NCBI GenBank assembly: GCA_002633005.1
Contig: NMRA01000454.1
Location: forward strand, 302,437 to 366,436
Length of the DNA stretch: 64,000 bases
DNA from: Phoronis australis
Lineage: Eukaryota; Animalia; Phoronida
Reading direction: 5' to 3'
A program made the translations under genes and the position numbers. This document shows, piece after piece, positions 53,001-64,000 of this stretch. Position 1 is the first letter of the stretch; each line of letters opens with the position of its first letter. Under the pieces are notes generated by a model. The model worked only from the letters and a program-made list of their open reading frames with translations. It searched no databases and was not told the origin of the DNA.

Positions 53001-54435
53001 CACCAAAACTTTGGATATTCTTTTATAGCATCGTTTCTCTGTCCTCAAAATCCGCTAAGATTAGAGCAATATTTTTCATTCTAATTTACAACCAATTATC
53101 GAACCCTCGCCATGTCCCTCCTCTACAACTTAGGTTCTAAAACTAGTAATTGCCCATTCATCCATGCAAGTTTGATAAATTTCTGGGTAGCATGGCGGCC
53201 ATTATTAAAATCTGATTAAAACTTAATTAGATTTTCAAGGCGTGTGGGAAGCTAACAATGTATCGGCTGGCAGTGTCGCCGACTATAACGCTGAGTTTTT
53301 CGATTGCGAATCAGTTAAAGCATATCCCTCTGAACGCCGTCATTAGGGTTTGTGTTCGTTATCTCTACCAGGTCATTCTCCGAATCTTTCGGTTACGAAG
53401 TTGGTTCGTTCAATCTCGTCGCACATTATTCCAAATGTTCTCACTGACACTGCCCGATTTACTACGAATCGGCTTGTGACGTTCAGCGTCAATCGTTGGC
53501 AAGCAGGGGAGATAAGTCTTAATTATTTTCAGCTTGTTGGTCGTGTTAAAATAGTGAAAACGTGAAATAGTTCTTAGAGATCTGAACGATTAACCTATCC
53601 GTTTAACCTGTATCACCTACATTCACTACAGTGAACAGAGTGTAAATAGGACTTTAAATTTGACCAGAAATTTCAACATACATGTGAGCATGGTGATCAC
53701 TGTTCCGTAAAGATTCNAGATTTTCAAGGCGTGTGGGAAGCTAACAATGTATCGGCTGGCAGTGTCGCCGACTATAACGCTGAGTTTTTCGATTGCGAAT
53801 CAGTTAAAGCATATCCCTCTGAACGCCGTCATTAGGGTTTGTGTTCGTTATCTCTACCAGGTCATTCTCCGAATCTTTCGGTTACGAAGTTGGTTCGTTC
53901 AATCTCGTCGCACATTATTCCAAATGTTCTCACTGACACTGCCCGATTTACTACGAATCGGCTTGTGACGTTCAGCGTCAATCGTTGGCAAGCAGGGGAG
54001 ATAAGTCTTAATTATTTTCAGCTTGTTGGTCGTGTTAAAATAGTGAAAACGTGAAATAGTTCTTAGAGATCTCAACGATTAACCTATCCGTTTAACCTGT
54101 ATCGCCTACATTCACTACAGTGAACAGGGTGTAAATAGGACTTTAAATTTGACCAGAAATTTCAACATACATGTGAGCATGGTGATCACTGTTCGGTAAA
54201 GATTCGGAAGGGGCTGACGCATGCGTTTTGCGAGAGTGTAGTCCCGAAACAACGACTTAAAACAACAAATGTTCCAACGAAGAAAACTTTTGCCGAGTGT
54301 GTTCCTCCATTCTCCTCACGCCCTGATACTAAAACCTGCGAGTTGTCAAAGAGTTTGATGTCTTGCTGCAAGTTCTTTCGTGTTCGTACACACCAACAAC
54401 TAGAGACGTCCAAGAGCGAAGCGCCAATGGTTTCT

Positions 54436-54975
54436 AAAGGAGTACCTTTCTGCGCGGTGAAATGGACATATTCAGTGTGGACCTTTGTTTAATCAACGCG
54501 TAATATATTGCTTAATCAACGCGCTAACTTAGTTATTCAGCTCAAAAGTGGTTCTTTAACGATTATCTTTTTCTCTTAATCTACGCGCACTTTTGCTTAA
54601 TCAACGTGTAATATTCCTTAATGAACGCGCTGAATTAGTTATTCCTTATATCCTATCAAAGGCAAGTTCACATTCAGTACAAGGTCAACGGCGCCATCTT
54701 TTATGTTCTCACCTTTAGTTGTCAATCTTCAAAACTGGCCCTGTCCGCATGGAGTAAATCTTCCGTTACTGCGAGATTTGAAAGCATGGGCACGATTGGA
54801 CTCTATGAACTTGTTAAAAGTACCCATTGAATAAGTAATAGTGCCCGCTGAATAAGCGATAGTATGCATTAAATAAGCACATAAAGGCATAAGTTTAAGA
54901 ACTATCTCAACGCGTTGATTAAGTTAAAGTTCGCGTTCAATAAGCCTATTTCAACACGAAAAAAGGTACTCATTT
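54436..54975. mobile_element. MITE with GAGTACCTTT TIRs and internal TTAATCAACGCG repeats
   Basis: GAGTACCTTTCTGCGCGGTGAAATGG / CTATTTCAACACGAAAAAAGGTACTC; subterminal repeats in both orientations. Confidence 0.7.
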
Positions 54976-57900
54976 ATGAACCCCTCCGGGCTTCTTAATA
55001 TTGTACCCAAGAACGTTTTAGTTCCTACATGTCCTCAAACGAGGTCGCTCCACAAAGAAGCATTTTCATTCAGCATTCTCTCTTGTAACACGTCAAAGCA
55101 ATTAAAACAATACTCCAATCCATCATTGTCACCTGGGTTGCATGTGAGTGTACATATAAATCAGCCTGCTGTGTAATCATACCACAGTCATCATCTGCAA
55201 CATTTAAAGGTTCTTCTTTGGGTTATAAGACAATTACTTCGTGCAGGAGTTACCTGTGAAATATCACACATCTGGCTGATTCGCAAAAAATGAAATAACT
55301 GATAGTTTATACAATGTCGTGTGGTTCCCATTAATCAGAGGACATTCATAGCTGATTTTCAAAGTCACGCGAAAGCTTCAACGTGATGACTTTGCAGAAA
55401 GTAAAATGACTTTGAAGATATTTTTCGCGTAATAAAGGCAGAAGGCTGGACTTCTCTACTCAGTGAATGCTGGATATGTCGGCCATGCTTCCTTGTGAAC
55501 TGTAGTATTTCGCAATTTTACGACAGCAAGTAAAACTGACTTGGCTTTCACTATCCCTATAAATAAGCCTGAACTACACTGGCATCTGCTTTTGCTTCCG
55601 ACCTCGTTGCAGATACAAAAAACCGTAACCGTAATTACAAATTAATAAAACGCGCAGGTGTCAAGAATATAGATAAGAAAGCCAATTAAACAGCGATCCC
55701 ACTGCGCAGACAGTGTGATTTTCCGGGGATCACTCCAACGGAAAACTACATGTAAGTGATCATATCCGTTACCCAGTAGTTAAACAAGTGTCGGAATACT
55801 GGCTGATCTAAAGTGTACTACGGGCAATGTTTACTTTTTCGACGGTAGGTGATTAACGGGACTTGATTTTACCCTTCGGCAATAAGCCTGTCAAACGTTC
55901 GTAACAAAGGGCACACGGACACGAGAATAACGTTTTGTTGCATAGTTTATGGCAGGCCTGTAATTGGCATTTAAACGTACATGACATTATTTCCTGTTGT
56001 ATTTTATCATATTTGATTTGTAAACGAGTGGCCATTGCTTGAGTTCTGATTAGACCGTGTTATCCATGGAGTTTTTTAATTTCTTCACAGTCTCTTCGAA
56101 AGATGTCTAAGTCGAATTGGTTTTTCTAGTAGAATTACCTGTTCTGTTAAACCCTCAATTAGTTTCATATCTCAAACAATTCTTTTCGTTCATGTTTTGG
56201 AATAAAAACAACTAGTTAACAGTTCCAATTACGCGCGATGAGGGAATGGATCAAACGCAGTTCATCGATTGCTGGCACGGGAAGATTCCCAGTCCCTAAC
56301 GGGAATTATTCTAGTTTGGGGTTTGCGATTTCGGCTTCACCAATTAGCCTTGCATGCGTGTTAAGAGTAATAGAGTGCACGCTCACTCATTGAAGAGTCA
56401 CAATATTGAAGTTTGTTATTTCGTAAACTTAAATCTGCCTTTCAGAAATCTAAGGTCTAAGGGATATTCAAAAAATTCTAAAATGACGGTACATTATCGT
56501 GTGATCTCCCGTTCCATCGACAAGTGAAAACATCTATTCTCATTTTCATATTCGGTGGGGGCAATTCCATTGACGAGGTTGTTTACCCGCCATATTTTTA
56601 GTGGACTAGGTTCTGTGCTTCAGCGATTCGGCGTCGTAACAACACCCTGTGAATAAAATGGGTTTTTGTACCCAAAGTCTAGTTCTTCATTGCCTTAACA
56701 CAAACTATGGTTTGTTTATCTGTTTATTATACAGTCTACCTTATTAGCATCGTCACTGGACTTCCAGTTTGAAAGTATGTCAATACCCGGATGATGATTC
56801 AGCTCTGCTTATTAGCCAAATGGCTTCGGTTATTGACAGTTCCGTAAAACTCACTGATCGGCGATCCACTAATCCTATAGTTATTATAAACAGACTGGAT
56901 TATTTATAGGTTGATTTGAAAGACCAGTAAAGATTTGCGCTTCAAGATAATTCGCGTCGAGAGGCTTTGTTCCTGGAGCACCTTTGGCGAACAATTCAAT
57001 GTATTTCATTGGCATTCGGTCTGCACGATAAAATTGATTGCTCGTTACTTCGTGAAGTTGGTGCACAGCAGTGAGTTATTAGTGGTCTTGGTCCACGGGA
57101 ATTAATCGTTTTTCAATTGACTCAGGCTAACGTTTTACCGCGCTTTTGTCGCTCACGGGAGTATTGGCTGGATGCGTACAGTGTATGGCTGCGGCACGCG
57201 TCGATGGTGTACGGCGGTGTTATCAAACCAAAACGCGACAACTGCCGACAGTATCGAATCAGACGAGGAAATTAGCTTACAGTGCTGAAATTAGCGATTC
57301 CAGCAATCATAGCCGGTGAACTGAGCGGCAAAAAGTATCTGTGCGTATTGAACTAACTGTCTAATTATCGATAAATTCCCTGTCGTTTCACATAACGACC
57401 AGTAACTATCGCCACGCGAGATCGCGCAATTCATTTCCAAGCAAAATGGGGAACTTGTGCGTGAGTGCAAAACTGACGTCAAAGAGCTCAGCTAGAAAAC
57501 CCAACAGGAATGGGCAAGCCAAGGAGTCGGCACAAGTCATTTATTATCTGGTAAGAAATTTGGTAACGTAAACTAACAAATGCGTGTTTTTTTCTATTGC
57601 GCTGAAATGTAAATTGGCCCGGCTAAAGTGGCCAGGTCACTCAGGCGTGCATTTACTGTGACTTACGCGTAGTTTGTTTTCAAACTCTGTAAACATTTGT
57701 ATAATTCAAACGTGAACAAACATCTTTTAAACAGTCTTTGGATGTGCTTTTCCTCCGTGGATGGAGTTTGGCCGCAAATAGTCACAAAAAGCAAACGCTG
57801 CAAATGACATACCTTAAAGAACGCATGCAAAGGCTCTTGTTTATTTGAACTTTGTTTTTTATTTTCGTGGATAGACTGGCTAATTGACGAATAATTGGAA

Positions 57901-60149
57901 CCACGTGTTTAGAAAAGCGTTTAACAAAAACAAAATACTTTGTAACACAGAGTGAAAAGGAGGCCGTGTCTTATCAGAAGGTTATGCGTTACCATATCAC
58001 TACAGGCTTTGACACTAGCACCACAAAATATAACAAAGTAGAACACATGATGCGGTGACATTTGTGTTCAAAGGTGGAATGTGGCATTGTAGAATATTTG
58101 AACATTGTTCGTATTTGAACAATGTTAATATTTGCACTCAACCCGTCACCTAACTACAATATTAACCCATGTTGTGCTGACTTACATAAAATATATTTAC
58201 CAAGCGCTTTATTTGCTTTTATCTGAATGTATGCTGTTACACGCTGCAAGGCACGTACATTAGGTAATGGACCCATTAATTGCACTATTAAGGTGAATTT
58301 ATTCCCAATAGAAACATAGGAAGGTTTGTGATTGTGCGAAGCATATGTGTTTGTACTGAAATAGCAAAGCACCTCTCCCATTCTTGTGTTCCTACCCATA
58401 ATGAAACACAAGTGTTACTTGCTGTTTTTGCTTCTTCACATGGACGTGTACTGGTAACGAAGTCATATCCAGTACTTGCACACCATTGGTTGCGCTGCAA
58501 AAATGATCGTTTTACTTAGTTGTTTAGGACACAATGTCTCGTTTAAGGGACAATTTTAACGCAAACGTGAACGCCAGCCTGTTCGAAACACTCAGAACCA
58601 TTGTAGTTTGGCACAACACTTGGTTTTCAAGCATATGGCGAATTCGTGGTGAATAATCCCACGTATTGCGTAATTCAATACCATAATGCACGGAAATTTA
58701 GTTTAACTATTTCATTTCGAGTTGAAGTGCTGACTATAGGAACTCGGCAAAAAGAGCAAGAAGTAATGTCATGTCAATCAAATCAGGAGTATCGAACACT
58801 TTGGAAAGTAGGTCTGTCTTGCAATGTATTTTTCTGCCCCTTGAAATGTGCAAAGTTCAATTGAGGGTGGACCTAATGGGCTTTTCAGTGTGAGTGACGA
58901 CGTAAGGGTTTAAACCGTTGTCCATATATTTTTGTTGACATGGACAGCATTTATTAGGCGCGTACCGATCCACTAACAAGATGCACACGTCATATACCAT
59001 GTCACCCTCTTTACAAACGCATAAACGGGCAGATTAACAGCGAGTAATTGATATTGGGATTTCGATTTATCTCTTTGGCGGGAGTAGTATTTGTCTCTTC
59101 CAAGGTTAGATGCAGACTAGAATACGCGAACGTCAAATTGAACAGACCGAACTCGTAACGGGCCACGACAGCAGGAATCGGACACATTCTCCGTAGACCA
59201 CAAAACTTTCGAAAGCACACCAACATTCACGTTACCGCTAGATGTCGCCTACCATTACAAGCGAAGAACGTCGTCACACAATGTTTAGCGCGATTGCCTC
59301 AGGATTACCCCACACAGCCGGGATTTTATCTTCCGGCCCCGTTATTTCATTCAAATTAAACCCAACTCTTAAAATCAGAGGATGTTCTTTCCTGTAAGCT
59401 CATACCCCCTTGTTTTAAACTAATTTCTGATTAGACCACTAATACTGCATTTCGCCCTGTTTCTGTACCTGCTTGGAAAACGAAATTAAAATTAGCGTTT
59501 TACTCTAATACAAACGATCTCATTATACACGTATTCCTTCCCGTGGTCGAATTCTGTTCACGTTACCAATACGAACAATGATACCATCAGCGACTCAAGA
59601 GTTTATTGCGTTTGGAAACAGTAAAATTGTGAAATTTGAACATGTCGCGTGCGCGCATTGCCTGTGACTTTTGACGGAAACGGAAATGAAATCTTTACAC
59701 TGTAAAGTATCATGAGGGCGATTGAGAGTAAAAACTCAACGCGGTGACTGTTTTTAGGCGAGATGCAAATTAAATGTTATGAAATTGGTCTTAGGCCTCT
59801 TCCCTGCTCAAACGATACATGTGATTAGAAAGAAGCATTCACCGAGTTTTGTCAGGGAACGCCGTGCACAGTTTAGACCAAAAACTACACGTAGCTGAAA
59901 TTGTTTTACCAAAGCCCAGAAAAAAACTCTCATCTGAATGAGGAACAAATTGGGATCAGTATAATGGTGTTATGTCGTCTGCCGGAATGAAAAGATCTTT
60001 TTGACGGAACGCAGGTTAATGCATGTAGCAGACATGAGAGATGGTCCGTAAAAATGTACCACAGTACAGTAAAGTGAAGCAAGGTGATCAAATTAAGTCA
60101 AAGTCGAATTGGATTTAACGATGTAAGACACCCTATACTCCAGATCGAT

Positions 60150-60510
60150 AAACACAAACTCAGACAAACAGAGAGGAATACACCCAGGCAGACAGATGAA
60201 CAGACATTTGTGTGGATAGACAGATTGACTGGCAGACATGCGGACAGATAGACACATGGGTAGACAAGTAGGCAGGTAGGGGGACAGATAGATACACTGT
60301 AAGTTGACAGATATGTGGATAAACAGACAGAATGACAGACAGGAAGACAATACACATCTTTACGGGAAGAACTGCAATCAGGCCGACAGACGGACAGACA
60401 AACCTACAGGTGAGGAATACGGTATGCAGACGTAAGAAAGAAGTACACACAGCCAAACAGACAGGATAAGGGAAGAAATACAGAGAGACAGATAGACAGA
60501 CAAACATACA
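60150..60510. repeat. Degenerate (ACAG/ATAG)n tetranucleotide microsatellite
   Basis: Repeated GACA/GATA/GGCA units. Confidence 0.85.
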
Positions 60511-61394
60511 TTTAAAATACACATGCCATTTTAAAATAATCGCATGCTACCAAAACTATATTCGGTACTTTTTCGGCACAAATGCCGGGGTGATCGAGAC
60601 GGGTGAAATGCGCGTTGGACAGAGGGAACATCAGACCCGAGGGGCAATGGCACTGGTGAACATAAGAAAATATTGGGGCCGGCAGGGACCGTTTGGGAAT
60701 CATCAGGACGAGGTAATTCAGAGTCTGGGGATTCAAGTAGCGCCACGCCACCCCTTCTGTACGGCACTGATTACCTGTCAGAACCTGAATTGCGATTTTT
60801 ATTAGATAATTTGTCAAAAATAATTTCACTCACTCTACGTCATGGCAGAAATGTGGCTACTTTGCGACCAAAGCTTGACTATTTTTAAATACCCCCGTTT
60901 CGGTACCAAACAAAGCTGTTCCTGTGTTATGTTTGTTGTATGTAAATCCACTGGGTTAATAATCCTGCTGAGTGGCAACAGTTGTGTTTGAATGAGTGTT
61001 TGTTGTTCTTAGATTTTAACTTCAATTCCTACATGTGTTACACGTCTGTTCATTACAGTTATAGCAGATTCGAGGTCTACTGGTCGTTTCATTATTAAAA
61101 GCTATTAAGTTGCATTCATCCATTGACTGAACGGGTCATAGTCAATCAATGGAGAAAGCTTTTCCATTTCACATTGTTAAAAGTAATGGATATTCTGTCA
61201 ATAAAATCTCTTATATTGAATTGCGCGGTAATTTTTCCTCAAAGCATGTTACTTTCGTGAACACACAAGGTAAATGCTTTATTTTTTGGTTCGTTTGCAA
61301 TGGAGGTTAGCGTTCTTAAGTAGCCATACGCAACCTCCCATTGGCTCACAGCAAGTATTCCATTGAATGTCATCACAGCATACAATTTTGAAAA

Positions 61395-62377
61395 AAGGAT
61401 AATGTTGAAAAAGACATGCAGTTTTGAAGAGAGACGCGGCGGGGTGCATGGAGTGCAAAATGTTATGCTATAGTTTGTTTAACCCGCACGAGGGCGTGTG
61501 TTGAAGATGGTCTCGTCAGTCGTTTAACTCGTCTAGGCAACATGCTCGCACCCAGGGCGCCCCATTTGGCGGTATGGGCAAAAATGTCCGCCTCGAAGAA
61601 ACGAAAAGTCCAAAAAAGTAGAAAACGAGACAAAGGTCCACTAAAAATACGGGAACAACTCATTGCTGTGAACGTACACGCTTTTTAGTAAAAGATCCAC
61701 ATTCTCAGAAATTAGAGCCCTCGACTTTTTAGGCTGGGTGCGCGAATTGGCAATAGGAAAGCGCTGATTATTTAACTTGCACCAAAGCAAGTGCTAAAGT
61801 CTCAAAATGGAACATGTCCACTCAGCACATGTATAGTTGAGCAAAAGGTACTGTTTAGCAATAGTCCCAGGCTCTCCCGGATAACGTTGAAAAATGCATG
61901 CACGTTTGAAGAGAAACGTGGTGGTGTGAACAGAGTGCAACATGTTATATTATAGTGAGTTGAAGATGGTGTCGTTAGTCGTTTAACACGCCACAAGCAA
62001 CATGCGCGCACCCAGGGCCTCCCATTTGGCGGAATGAGCAAAAATGTCCGTCTCAGAGAAACAAAAAGTCCGAAAAGTAGAAAACGAGACAAAAGTCCAC
62101 CAAAAAGGCAGGAACTACCAAAATTCGGCGAATGCACAATTAATAGCTCTGAACGTACTCGTTTTTTAAGTAAAAGGTCCACTTTCTCAAAAATTCGAAC
62201 TCCCCCATTTTAAGGCTGAATGCACGCATGGGCAATAGGAAAGCGCTGATTTTTAACCTGCACCCAACCAGGCGCACACCCTAAAGTCCCAACTAGAACC
62301 AACTACACCCTGTCATGAGTTCACTTTAGTGTGGTTGAGCAAAAGATAGTGTTCTGCAAAAGTTCCAGGCTCTCCCG
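61395..62377. repeat. Old ~490-bp tandem duplication; each copy contains a family A MITE (61541-61749, 62001-62230)
   Basis: Shared GTTGAAGATGGT.TCGT.AGTCGTTTAAC, GGCAATAGGAAAGCGCTGAT and AGGCTCTCCCG anchors with substantial divergence. Confidence 0.8.
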
Positions 62378-62754
62378 CTCAGTGTACATGTAAGTGTCCA
62401 AGGTCCCATAATTATTGAGCATGTGCAGTGCTGTCCACACCAGAACTTCACAATGTCATATCGGTGACATTGGCAGCACCTTCCTTATCTCGTGTAATCG
62501 CTGTGAATAAACGTTAATAGTGCTCTGCCTAGTGATTTTACTGACAAGTTTGTAACGGCTCTTGAAAGAGCGGCGATTTTAACTGGAAAAATCAACTGCA
62601 TCACTTTTATTTGAAATTTATTTGTTTACACGTGATCTGCTGCACTTGCCATTCCGTGTTTTAAGAACAACATTTTTGTGAAAAAGGACCACGAAATAAA
62701 CCACTTTGGTTTCAGCTGTGAATTGGCATTTTGAGCGAGTAATGATGGCACGCA

Positions 62755-63042
62755 CAGTGGTGGATTTAGGAGGGGGGACCAAGGGGACCCCCCCTAAAAT
62801 TCTACCAGATACCATTTGGAAGTTTGGGTGCGAATTATTGACTAGCACATGCACGCAACCAGGGGGGCTCGGGGGGTGAATAAACAACGCGTAGGTCCAT
62901 TTTTCTTTTTAGTCAACAGGTCCGCGAACCCAAAAATTCGAGATCCTTGCGTCCCCCACACTTTAAGCTGGGAGCGCGGATCTTCCAAATTCTGATTATT
63001 CCTTGACCTCTCCCCCAACTCAAAATCCTGGATCCGCCCCTG
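62755..63042. mobile_element. MITE family B with nested degenerate family A copy (62847-~62982), 5-bp TSD ACGCA
   Basis: CAGTGGTGGATTTAG...CTGGATCCGCCCCTG flanked by ACGCA. Confidence 0.85.
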
Positions 63043-63522
63043 ACGCAGACCACCAAACTGCAGTCACATAAGCTGGTCTAAGAAAATCACATTTCTTGCG
63101 AGACAAGTGTATTTCGCCGACGATAGAGTTAACAAGTATTTGCAAATAAGCTGTTGAAACTTCCGTCGGATTATAAAGAACTTGACAGACTTGTCTGTAG
63201 CGTAAAACCGACACTACAATGTAGTTTGCAATTTGACTTTCATGTACATGTAGATTATCACTGTAGATTTTCGTGTAGGTTGCACTGATACACGCAATTA
63301 TTGGCAAAGAAAAGACTTGTTGGAAAGGAGCTGCACTTACATAACCATTATTGCCGATAAAAACTATCATTAGAGTCGTTAATATCGAGGTATCATTATC
63401 ACCATTAACCGATGGTGCCTGATAGCAGCATCCGCGTAAACACCGGTATTAGAGCACGGATAATTATCTCCATACTTGAACTCGAACACAAATTACGTTT
63501 GACATTTAAAGCTGTTTCAGAA

Positions 63523-63730
63523 GCTGGTGTGGCCTAGTATGATAGGTGTCCACTTTCTTTACTCGAGGCCGCGGAATCAAGTCCCACAAGGCCACACTGC
63601 GCTAGGCGCCGAAGTCAGGTTCATAGACCCTCAGTTCGGTTTTAACTGTGTATTGTTCAAGCACAAACATTGTCCCAGGTGATCAGTTCAATGAGCCCCG
63701 CATAGGGGACCTGCACACGTCTGGTACAAC
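63523..63730 (+). mobile_element. tRNA-derived SINE (degenerate)
   Basis: A-box TGGCCTAGTATGA and B-box-like GGAATCAAGTCCC at tRNA spacing; no intact cloverleaf; non-tRNA body follows. Confidence 0.6.
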
Positions 63731-64000
63731 GTGTACTAGACCGTCTCCAATTATTTTTATAAGAATGTTTCGCCCTGTTGAGCTGGCCTGAAACAAAAAC
63801 CGAATTAAACATTATACTTCCATGGTATGGGTTTCATGATATTCCTTACTGTGATAGGATATTCCCGTTTTCTACCGAAGTCACGTGTTCCTGCGCCACT
63901 TTTGAATTTGCAAGTTTAAGGTTGACCAGCCACATGGAGCTCCGAATCGCTTGTTGGTAACGGATTAAGAATCCTATGGCGGTAATGAACACTTTCTTTC

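Noticed and set aside
53229-54205. Near-identical ~490-bp tandem duplication
   Set aside because: Junction is a single n and there are ~4 differences; likely a haplotype or contig-overlap artefact.
60093-60522. Cys/Leu/Ser-rich minus-strand ORFs
   Set aside because: Translation of a (CTGT)n microsatellite.
62556-62573. GGCTCTTGAAAGAGCGG hairpin resembling a histone stem-loop
   Set aside because: Loop lacks the conserved U at position 3, the terminal pair is broken, and there is no upstream ORF or HDE.
63523-63595. tRNA-like sequence
   Set aside because: Arms do not form a cloverleaf; treated as a SINE head rather than a tRNA gene.

Overview
Eukaryotic, AT-rich, intron- and transposon-rich scaffold from an invertebrate animal; the taxon cannot be determined from the sequence. 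It has two N-gaps and several single-n joins. (1) 1-17522 (+): the last 14 exons (~1,530 codons) of a large single-pass receptor. It has at least 3 tandem SEA-like modules, ~35-38 short EGF/laminin-EGF-like repeats (MEGF10/Draper/SCARF-like), a 33-nt micro-exon, a TM helix and an acidic Tyr-motif tail; all introns are phase 1. (2) ~31140-37172 (+): a small paralog-like receptor with a signal peptide, 2 EGF exons, a TM helix and a Ser/Met/Glu-rich tail. (3) Decayed mobile DNA: a Penelope-like element with a hammerhead-like motif, Academ, Kolobok and THAP/P-like remnants, an RNase H-bearing LINE, MITEs with 5-bp TSDs and a tRNA-derived SINE. The most unusual observation is at 40285-40692 (-): an intronless NON-histone PHD-finger-like ORF whose stop codon is followed by two tandem histone-mRNA 3' stem-loops and a U7/HDE-like element. 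The octamer TACATGTA is strongly over-represented and appears as +6-nt insertions inside a decayed ORF, as expected for Tc1/mariner excision footprints. All calls come from manual reading and translation; no database searches were run.
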